From Adineta vaga (lineage: Eukaryota; Animalia; Rotifera), in the NCBI GenBank assembly GCA_021613535.1, contig CP075496.1, positions 9,114,001 through 9,178,000 of the forward strand: DNA of 64,000 nucleotides, read 5' to 3'. Below, piece by piece: positions 39,875 through 50,917 of this stretch. Every line of letters begins with the position of its first letter. Positions within the stretch are counted from its first letter, which is position 1. The notes beneath the pieces are model-generated. The model did no database searches and was not told the origin of the DNA. It saw only the letters and a program-made list of their open reading frames with translations. A program made the position numbers and the translations under genes.

Positions 39875-41420
39875 TCATTTTCTATATGTAGGAAAATTCG
39901 ATGCTGAAAATCCTAAGGACGTTGTTATTGACGATGATGTTAGTACCGCTGTTTTTGCTGTTGTAATAACCGATTTCTTATATGATTCGAGAAATTTATT
40001 TATTTTCGCGTGAGCTGCTCGATTGTTCATAAAATATTCTTGAACAAGTGCGGTTGGATCAGCAACAGAATCATATTTATCTTGCAGTTCTTCTGGTAAG
40101 CCACACAATCCTACTCGACAAGATGGATCATTGTCGAATAGTCCAAGACAACAGCTCTAAACCAAATTTCGGTTGTTGTTTCGAAGAGCCACGTTGAACA
40201 AGTTTTGTTTTTTGTAACACAACCTGGGCTTGATCATTATTCAGTGGTGTATTTGCATCGAGATCATATACAAATCCATCGTGATAATGACAATTGCCAT
40301 AGTTTGTCTTCGATGGAATATAATTTTCATGACATTGAGGACACACTTTTTCAGTTTCATTATCAACACGTTTTTTTTTTCATCATCTTTTTCCTTTTGT
40401 AGTTGTTGAGCAGTCTTCTTGAATTCGATATCATCAATGATCGTTTGTCGCAAGAATGAATATTTAACAACAATAACTATCCATTTCTCCTTGACCATTT
40501 TCGGATTTTAAAACATATATGAACTCCGGTACAGATAGTAAATTAAATAAAAGAAAAACCTAACATTGTTGTCAACTATTTCTTCGACAATAGCAGTCTT
40601 GCATTTTTCTCGAATAAATTGATACAAACGCACATTTGAGATTGATTCTGATTTCGACATTTTAGAATCTCAGACATTGAGCATAATTAATGAATCAATG
40701 TCGAAAAACAAGCATCGATCGATTGTACTCATTAGATTCTAAAAGGAGTAAATAGGAGAATAATAATTTCAAAGATTCATTAGATAATTCAATAAGACAT
40801 TTACGATCATTCAGATCAATAAGAATACGACCTGATGGTAAAATTCTAGGTAAAATCAGTGAATATTCTTCCAATGCACGATCTTGTTTCGATTGAAATA
40901 CATATGGGTACATTCGACATATTTCGGGTAGTGTACCAATACCAAACCAGCAGCTGAATTCACGTACAGCATTATCTGCTAATTCAAGCAACAGATGATC
41001 AGTGAGAACAGTTTGATCACCTTCATCCATCATCACAAGAATACTTGATTTGAGTGCAACAACTGCTGCTCCATTAAAATTTGTACCGATTTTCACAAGG
41101 AAATCTAATCTTTCGTTCGTGGATACTTGTGAATTTTTGCATAATAATGGTCTTGACATTTTCTTTCGTATTTGCGGCGATGGTCGGCCAACAAAAACTT
41201 TTGCTTGCATCCGACGAAGCAAAGCTTCATCCATCATACTACGTCGATTTGTTGCTTCCAAAACAATCAAATTAGGTATATTTTTGACACATTCAATATG
41301 GGATAAAAGTACACTGATTCCATCAACTTTCGATTGCTGTGCATTATTATCTCGTTTAGGTACGAGACCATCAATTTCATTAATAGTCATAGCACAAATC
41401 AAATATGGAACGGTTTTCGA
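39875..41420 (-). pseudogene. 5'-truncated AAA-ATPase pseudogene with coiled coil and Cys/His-rich tail
   Basis: INEIDGLVPKR (degenerate Walker B), ATNRRSMMDEALLRR (second region of homology), no Walker A; later frameshifted pieces include CPQC..N.GNCHYHDG. Confidence 0.75.
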
Positions 41421-41884
41421 TATTCATCAATCAGATTCAAGTCAAGTAAGTCTTTCAATTCTTTGATTTTTTCGATCACTTTCGATTTCTGACTCTTGCT
41501 AGTATGTATCGATGCTTTACTCTGTTGTGTATTTCACGTTTTTGTAACAATTCTTTTTCTGCTTTATGCTTCTTTCCCTGATAGTTAATACGAATTTGTC
41601 GACCTTCATCATGCTTTATCTCCCAATTCTTGTTATTAAATTGATTAATAGCCATAGTTCTTGCTTCATCTATAAGTTTTTGTGCAGTCTACATTGTTGA
41701 TAACTATTCTGTAGACTACTTCTGTTGAGAGATTTTTCTTATTTATCTTCGTTTCTGTTTTTGTAACTGATATAACCATGAAAGACAAAAATGACAAGGG
41801 AATTGCTTTTTTCAAACTATAGTTATCGTTGATTGATAAAAGAAGAAAGATACTAGAGCTATATGATAGTTGTATCAGTAATAT

Positions 41885-44177
41885 GAAACTACACGATCTT
41901 CCCTATTTTCAGCTAGAACAAATTAATGATGAAAGATCATCTTATCAACGAAAAATATACATTCACGTTATAAACGTCAACAATATGAAACAAACAGTAG
42001 TTTTTCTCCATGGCGATGTAATCGTGGTTTGGAGATTGCCGTTGGTAGTATTGATAATCGCATGTGTTTATGTCCACCAGCGTATTATGGTGAAACTTGC
42101 CAATATCAAAATCAGCGAGTCAGTCTCACTATATGAAGTTTCAAACCTATGAATATTTAACAGCGTTTAGTATTGTTGTTGCTCTTGTTGATAATCGAAC
42201 ACAAGCTCATTCAATGGAACAATTTACTCATTTATCACTACAAGATTGTTCAAATAAATATGATGTTAATCTTCTATATTCTACTAGACCCAAACAATTC
42301 AGTGTCAACTATTCATTACATATTCATATTTATGATAAAAGTTCATTAAAGTATCGTGCGAGTCAGTCTTATCCACTCAAGTTTTCCTTTCTGTCAGTAC
42401 ATCTTCTTAGCGTTTATCTAGAAATTCCAGTTGACGAAATAGTACAAAATAATCAATACAATCTTAAATATGGTGAACACGGACGATGTATCTCATTCAT
42501 AAATAACAATATGGATAGTTTCTGTCAATGTGAACGAGGCTGGTCCGGTCCAATTTGCAATATATTTCATGCGTGTCAACATAATAGTATATGTCTTTCC
42601 TACCGATGAGCGTTTTTCCAACAATCGAAACTTTAAATGTATATGCAACGAAAGTTATTCAGGATCGTACTGTGAAAATGAAAATACTCGCATTGATATT
42701 AGTTTTTCACATGATATTATTATTTCTTCATCGATAATAGCTCATTTTATAACAGTAAGCAATAATTCACATCCAACATATTCGAGTATATATAAAAAGA
42801 TTGGATTCGATCGAGTTGAAATTATATTTTATATCTCCGATACGTTTCATATAATTTTCGTTGAATTTTATCACACTTATTATCTGCTTATACTTCAGCA
42901 ATACCATACATCTAAAAACCATATCATCGCTCAAGTCAGATCGTCTCAACAATGTGCACAAATTACTGAATTATTCAATGGAACAATCCTGAATTTACCA
43001 CCACTTCATCGTATCAAATATCACTAGCTGCCTTGTCAGCAACAAATAAACAAACTCGCGTGTTTTCATGATACTTTTTATGTGTTTATGTAGTGAACGT
43101 TATGCTAATTGTTTTCCATTTGAACAACGACCACCTCGTATATGTTCCGGTTACAATATATGCGAAAATGGTGCTCAATGTCGTTAAGATTATCTTGAAT
43201 GTCCCAAGTCAACATGTATATGTTCTGAATGTTTCTTTGGTTCACGCTGTCAGTTTGCAACCACAGGGCTAGGACTATCACTTGATGCTATTTTTGGCTA
43301 TCAAATTCGACCTCGCAAACCGTTTACACAACAACGAACTATTATTAAAATTAGTACTACTATTGTAATTTGTATGATGGTATGCAGTTTATTTAATAGT
43401 ATTTCTTCAATAATCACTTTTCAAAACAAAACACTACGTCAAATTGATTGTGGAATCTATTTACTAGTATTTTATTCGCATTAAAATTTTCCCTACTCAT
43501 TCTTACTCAAACAGCCGTCGTTAATAACAATAATATACGAAGTCTTATCTGTCTATTACATGATTTTTCACTAGATATTGCCTTGCATACTTATGGTTGG
43601 CTCAGTACATGCGTAGCCATTGAAAGAACTTTAACTGTATGAAAAGGTACCACATTCAACAAGTTGAAAAGTAAGGAAACTGCGACATGAATCTTACAAG
43701 TCGTTATTTCTATAAATATTTCTACAAATCTTCAAGATACATTTCATCGCCGTTTAATCAATGTATCGAAAAAACAACGTATCTAGTGTCTCATTACTTA
43801 TTCATTGTCCTTTCAAATCTTCACTTCTATCACGAAAATTTTACATTTTGTTTTTCCGTTTTTAATCAATGTCATTTCTGCTCTTTTAATTATTATCATT
43901 ATTGCTCATAAACGATCCATGGTTCAACCTGAACAATTCCAAAAACATAAACATTTGATTATTTCTGCTTGTGCAATTATTCTAATAAATTTACCTCGTA
44001 TTATCATTTCATTTTTATCAGTTTGAACGAAATCAGCACGTGAACCTTGGCTATTTCATATCATTTATTTCGTCAATGTTGGTTTTCGTTATTTTCGTTA
44101 TTCAATCCAATTTATATAAGGAATATATGCGAATACTTGGAAAATATCGAACAATAATACAATCTTATTTTCATTGA
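41885..44177 (+). pseudogene. 5'-truncated, decayed third member of the LDLa-EGF-7TM receptor family
   Basis: Colinear fragments WRCNRG..CLCPPAYYGETCQYQNQRVSL, LLYSTRPK, FFGSRCQF..GLGLSLDAIFGYQ, CVAIER, KHKHLIIS, with many stops and frameshifts. Confidence 0.88.
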
Positions 44178-44823
44178 TATAGTTCCCAATAATTCGACAA
44201 AACATTCACTTTCATCATAAAAAACTTAACGTTTCTCTTGATAACTTCACGATAGAATCCAATGAGTTTGTTCTGATCCTGTCGAAATAGAGATTAGAAC
44301 GAGATAATACTTTTCGGAATCTAACTTTGTGATAAGACAATGCCATGTAGAATCACCATATTCTAGGTGATACATATTTTAATAACAAAAAAAGACTATT
44401 CTGATTCGCTTTCACCATAACAACATCATCATTATTTTCCAAAAAACAATTTTAAACATTTGTATCTCAATCTTGAAAGATGAATAGAACGTGAATGTAG
44501 ATAGAGATGTAAGGCGATGCCTCAATCGTCGGCTCAACTGCACGGTTTATACCTCTATATGTAGGTATTTCTCTTCTTTCCACTTTCACACCCACCCCCA
44601 AGATACCCAGTGGATCTCATCGGTGTAACCGATGAAGGAAGTGAATATGTTACGTAATATTTTCATTACCTCAAAATCATTCGAATATAGAAGTTCACTT
44701 TTACAATTATTTCGCATAAGATTCATGATTTTGATCGCAACACAAACGACGATATAATTGATTCGAATACGAGAAATTTTTATTTCTATGAATGAAACTT
44801 GAGAAGTACAAAAAAATATCCGT

Positions 44824-45303
44824 CTAAGCAGCCATCTTTTTTGCCTCATATTGACGTTGCGCCGTAGCTTGTTCAGCCATACGACGACAATAAAACCAGT
44901 TCTATAAATGAAGAGAATATATTAATGTATATCCAACAAATCTACTAACTTCCAAATCTAAAAAAAAATCAAAACTTTCATTATGGAATTCTTTGCTGAT
45001 TGATCTAAGTTCATCAATTCCAGGAGATTTGTTGATCATATAATCTAAATAAGTATTTAGAGGGAATAAATATTCATCAAACAGATAGATACTTACATTG
45101 GCGTAAGTATAGAAGTTGTTGCTCAGTTAGTTTATTTTCAACAATAATTAAATCTAAACAAAGAATCAATCATTTAACATTTACAAACATCATACACATA
45201 TACTTCTCTTTCAAATTTTATTAAACACCTCCATTATTCTATGTACTCAATCGTTTTCTCTCATCATTCGGATTTCCATGCAGTAGATCATTTTCTCAAT
45301 AAA
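44824..45303 (-). pseudogene. Divergent homeobox gene (mini-exons); upstream exon has two TGA stops
   Basis: Exons 45153-45097, 45044-44950, 44901-44824 splice to ENKLTEQQLLYLRQYYMINKSPGIDELRSISKEFHNESFDFFLDLE/NWFYCRRMAEQATAQRQYEAKKMAA*. Exon 45303-45204 has TGA at 45249 and 45213. Confidence 0.65.
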
Positions 45304-46179
45304 CTGTATAATATCAATGTTTCAAATAGAATCATTGTACAATTTCTACTTTTTTTTCAAAAATATAATTAAAATCATTAATGATCAAAAAGGATCAAGC
45401 TAAGATGTTCTACATCAGACAACAAATAGAGGACATTGTAGGCACCGTTATAAAACAGAATTATTTATTTTAACATTTATTATAGAAATAATGTATTGAA
45501 GAATTGATAAAGGAAGGAGTTCTCAAATTTTCTATAAGATAAATTAGAAAATGATATTTATATCACTTACTTTGTGCACATTTAGCGAGAAATGTCCAAC
45601 TATGATAATAACCCATTCGAAGAACCGTTGAAATGAACTTTATTAGAAATACTTTCTTTATTCAACAACTTTTATGTTGCTCACAATCGTATACATTGAA
45701 TATATATATATATGATAGACTGAAGAGCAAATCTGTCGTGCATTGTTTCTTAGATCAATCTGACGAACGAACACATACATTCATTATATGAATAAAAATT
45801 CGAGGGTGAACGAAAAAAATGTCGTCAGGAAAAGAGAAAAAAAAATATACTCAAATGAAGTCTTATATGAATTAGTTTATATCGAAGATTATTTTTGATT
45901 AAATTCAATTGAAACATATTCTCTTTTAATTCTTCTCTTTATTTATTTAAAACGATGGTGATCAGCTATAAAAATCTGAACGTGTAAATAAATATTATCG
46001 TATCGACGTGAAGCTAGAACCATAGAGCTAGCACCACGAAAGAAATAATATATAAAAAGGAATTTATGTCCATAAAAATGAGTTCATTCGACGCAGAATC
46101 AAATTCTGCATCGAATGGTGGTACTTTCATCATCAGAAGAAGATTGGGAAAAGTTTCACTTAGATCTTTAATTTTCTCT

Positions 46180-47046
46180 TATACGTATATGTCCTAGGCA
46201 AAATTGAGTTTTAGGCAAAATTAAACTTAGGTAAAATTCGTTTATAATTAGGCGCACAGTCAAGAAATTAGTTTTTCTTTTATAATTAAATGCTAGTTTT
46301 TATTCAGGTAATTTAGATAAATGTATTAACCATGATGAATAGAGGGAGACAGCGCAGATGAATAGATAGTGGAAGTATCTTAGAAGTATACTGAATTCCC
46401 AGATGGTCATAATACTAATTTCAAAAAAGACAAGATCATTCGACAATCTATAGTTCGTTGAATAAAGCTAGAAAAACATGGACGAGACGAAATCATGTGA
46501 TCATCAAACCTTCGCAACTTGCTCGTAGAGATCTGTATGAAGAAGAAAATATTCTTAACACCTACAGTTGCGACAAGAGTGAGCCGGAGAAATTGCAACT
46601 CGTTCTAAAAGAGGAACATTTTCATACCAGCACTGAACACATTTAAACATTTTTTATTAAATCCTTCTTCTCCTCCTTTTTGGTCGGACTATTAACATCA
46701 TACTCATTAGTAATTCTTATAATCTCGAAACTATACATTTTTCCCAACTAAATTTAATTTCTAATGAGTACAACTCGCGAGCTCTATATCTTCCTAAACT
46801 TTAGTGTAATTTCTGTTGAATACAAGTAGCGAACTCTACAACTTCCAAACTTTTTGTTCATTTTCTATTGAATACAATTTATCATATAAATACCTATCTA
46901 AACTTCATTTCTATATTAAGCATAATTTAAAACATGCGAACATATTTTAAACTAAGATTTATATTTGAAATTAAAACTTAGAATACCTGAAAAATTAAAG
47001 TTTAACTTTGCCTAAAACCCAACTTTGCCTTACACATCTACATATA
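46180..47046. mobile_element. Non-autonomous TIR DNA element (MITE-like), ~870 bp
   Basis: 46180-46228 (tatacgtatatgtcctaggcaaaattgagttttaggcaaaattaaactt) matches the reverse complement of 46998-47046 with ~8 mismatches; TA-rich ends; no transposase inside. Confidence 0.75.
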
Positions 47047-48990
47047 TTCTCTCAAACGTTTTCTATATTCTGCGAGTTATAATCGTTCACCCCTACTGTC
47101 ACTCCACGTCCTCATCCTTAAGATGGGTAGTGGATGGATAGAATAAGATATAGTACGTGTGGAGTATAGCCAATATATTGATGGAATAAGTTAGAATATA
47201 CAAGCGGATTGCTGAACAATTGGAGTATCGCCTTTTTCTCTCTTGACCTCTGTTTCTACTACAGCCAATTTTATTAGTGACAATTGAGATACACGAATGC
47301 CGGATATCATAGGCTAAAACAGCTTAAAGACATTTGTAACGGAGAAAAACAATATTATTTTCTTTATCAGTATCAAACTTTTGTTCTCTCACATCATTAT
47401 CACTACATATCTTCCACAGAATGAGTCGAAAAAAGCCGAGTCAAGATAATTAAAGTTGCCTTTTCATTCATTGATTCTGTTCAATTACATAAAATTAATT
47501 AATCAAAATGTTATAATTTTAAAGAAAATACTTATCTCATCAACTAGGAAAAAATCTACATAGATAAAATGATTTAGAGCTATATGAATTAGTTATTGAT
47601 GACTTTACTCGAAAATAGCAGTAAATGTCTGTATCTAGAGAGCTCTCCGCAGCCATTCAACAGTAATTTATCGATAGAAAACAAAACTTTGGAGAACTAT
47701 GACATCATAATATTGAATAAAAGAAATAATCACTTGTCTAACATAACTGACGTTTAGACGATGATTATTTCGATGTCATACTTCCTTTTTCAATGTTGGA
47801 TAAAAATGATGAGAAGAACAGCAGTTGTTGTTTTCATATTTGAATATGACACATACAGACATTATTGTGCGCCGTTATTAGATAAAAGAGTATTAGACAT
47901 TATTTTGCAGAATACCAGCATATATTTTGAGTCATTCATAGACGGTTTTTTTTTATTCGGCGAAACTTGCTAATGCAATAAAGATATTATAAGTTATTCT
48001 TATGAATATGAAATAGAAGATTAATGTTATGGATGAAGATATGAATTAGACTATCCAGCAGATATTAAGCGACAAACAAGCCATGGAATTCGGTGCTAAG
48101 AGACGGTTCATTTATGATTAATTTTGAAAAGGTACAACATATACACATTGTCAAGACTTATAGACCGTATCATAATGATGAATGCATATGGCTAGTATTG
48201 TTGTGTTATATTGTGACTAGTGTTATTTGAATAACTGACTTGTTTTCTTATTCAGATCGTTTATAATCAAAGCATAATTCTCTTCTACTTCAAACCTACT
48301 TGTTCAGCTATAATTAGTTAGATTAGTCGTGGAACGTATATGCTATCACAACTTCTTATAGTCATTGTTCATCAGCATCATAGTGATAATTGTGATGAAA
48401 AACGGCAGATTCTTTCAAATAATCCAATGATAATATTGATTTGAAACGAGAGTTCTGCTGAATAATTACAGTGGTGATGAAAGATTTTCGAAATGTCTTT
48501 CTAATTCGCTTATATGTGATATACCACTACCGTATAGAAGAAGAAATTTTGTTCATAATGATGTATGAAGTTCGTATTTGCCATTACAGGAAAAAATAAT
48601 TGTTTTCTTCGTCGACGATCGTTGTATTCTATATGATTAATGCATGAATATTCGAATGAATTCAATGAAAAATGAATTGGTAGGATGTTGGAAATATGTG
48701 CGTGTTGAAAAGATATCAAGCACTTGTAATTTTTCCCAAAGTAATGAATAATACTGTATGCAACGAGTAGGTTTATTCCTTTTTTTGTATTTTCGGCAAA
48801 CAGAATCATCTAATACAACAATAGAATCTTATCAATATGATCATGACGGATTATTATGCGCTGCAATTGAAAATGTAAGACGTAATTCAAAGATAGATAT
48901 GTGTAGGTGATGCTCGGGAAAATGATGACTTACTTCCGATCTTTTATCAATGGGAAGCTTTCGCAGATGAAGACTGTTTCCCTAATGCAC

Positions 48991-48998
48991 TATATAAG
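48991..48998 (+). promoter_or_regulatory. Candidate TATA box of the defensin-like gene
   Basis: tatataag upstream of a probable 5'UTR intron (49077-49131) and ATG 49134. Confidence 0.4.
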
Positions 48999-49133
48999 AA
49001 GACTGCTTGCTACAAGAAAAGCATTCCTTGTTTAGTTCTTATAATTAAAACTAATTTTTCAAAGCATCAAAAAAAGGTAAGTAGAAAATCGAGTAGACTG
49101 TGCGTAATGTGAAATACATATTTAGTTATAGGT

Positions 49134-49452
49134 ATGGTTTACTCAAAACATTCTATCTTGGTTATAATGTTTGCCATTGTATTATTAATTGTGCAAATAG
49201 TGGCCCAACTGAGCGCAAGTGTGAATGCTAGTAAGAAGAAATATTTTTTGATCAATATAGCGCTCAATATTTTATATCTGAATAGATACGATTGATGGTA
49301 ACGATGTACCAGAAGATCGTCGCATTAGATATTGCAACGGTACAAGCATTCGAGACGACATTACATGTAATCGATGGTGTCGATCGATTCGTTTCAGCTA
49401 CGGTTATTGCCAGCCACGCAACGGCAAAATTGTTTGCTTCTGTCGTGGTTGA
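49134..49452 (+). CDS. CS-alpha/beta defensin-like prepropeptide (87 aa), 2 coding exons
   Basis: Exon 49134-49230 is a signal peptide; intron 49231-49285; exon 49286-49452 gives NTIDGNDVPEDRRIRYCNGTSIRDDITCNRWCRSIRFSYGYCQPRNGKIVCFCRG*. AATAAA at 49524. Confidence 0.85.
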
Positions 49453-50917
49453 TGAATAACGGGTGTTATTACGCAATTAATCCAGAACTTTAAAAAAACA
49501 TTTATAATATCACTTGATAGAGCAATAAAACAGTGCTTTTAAAGCACATGGATATAAGTGTATTCATCATATTCGCTATTAGCTAATATCTGAGAAAGTC
49601 AATCATATAATAAACTGTACGAGTGTGGATGAAGATGCTCGTAGGATATAAGGATCGTTAAAAATAAATAGGGTGTGGGGTGTGGGTGTGTTTTTGGACG
49701 AGCAGTCAAGTTCACATTTAAATCTGGGTGCAGATGTGGATGTGCATTAAAGTTTCATTTGCATTCAAATGATGATATAAATTCCCCTTTAGATATGGGT
49801 GGAGGTTTGAGCGTACTTTTAAGTTTTTACTTGGACGTGATTATTGCAAGTAAATCAGATGTCGAAGACTTGCATGTATGAGACACAGAGAGTTTAAAAT
49901 CATAAACTTAGACCCAAACTCAAATGCAATATCAAAGCATAAAACGAACCAAACCCTTACGGTTTGTGTTTGTTACGTGTATAATTGTGAGTGCCGGTAA
50001 ATATGGGAAGGAATCAGAACCCAGCGGTGGAAATTGAATGGCATTATAGGATAGACACAAAAGGGAAAAGTGATTCCTTATAGTTCTGGTTAGATCCTAT
50101 GTTTCTTGACGAATAAAAACACTCATAAGATTTGGGAAACTATTGAACTATTCAGAAACTAACAGGATACGGTGAATCCGAGGAACCAGAAACGAAATGT
50201 TCCTACTTATAATGGCTTTTGAGAGTCCCTGATGATTTCTAGGAATCGCTATGTCCGTCTTAGTAGACGTGCATCACATAAAACCCAAACTGTTTGGGAA
50301 TTTTATTTTAAGCTAGCCAACGGGCTTGAATGAGATATCGATTTTGCGAATATGTCAATCTTAATTCATCTGGACTTCCGAGTTTTTAGTTATTAACATC
50401 AGCTTGGGTTCAGTGGGTGTCCAAGATGAGGGACGACTATCAGTATATTCATACTCAACGGTGTCAGTCAATCAAGGGATTCATTAATGATCTTTGTTAT
50501 TTCTAAAAAAAAGTTACAGTCGTTTCCAACGTTGAAGAGACAATCGATTTAAACTTTTACGCAGATCCAGGCTCGCAACTTTACGCAGCACATCTCACAA
50601 ACACACTTATATTACATTCTTTTATGTTACGAACCTTCTCCGAACGGCTTCAAGCACACGTTCAGTAAATGTAAAGATAAATTATCATTCCATCACGTTC
50701 ATACACGTTTGATAATCATGTTTCTGCACATGTATCTTTTGAAATACGATCTCTCTCCTTTTTCTCTTCACTGCAAACATCACATAACTTATGCCAGGCA
50801 TTTTCCTCTCTTTCTCTCCTACTTTTTTTATCTCACTATCATATTCTCATCACCATATAGAAGTTAAAACTTTCTGCTTTGCGTGAGATTCAATAAAAAC
50901 AAACTACAAGATTAACA

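Noticed and set aside
45204-45303. Selenocysteine or readthrough reading of the two in-frame TGA codons
   Set aside because: No SECIS-like element or redox motif seen; nonsense mutation from CGA/TGG is simpler.
49264-49476. 70-aa minus-strand ORF
   Set aside because: Antisense to the defensin exon, which has signal peptide, splice, cysteine-pattern and polyA support.
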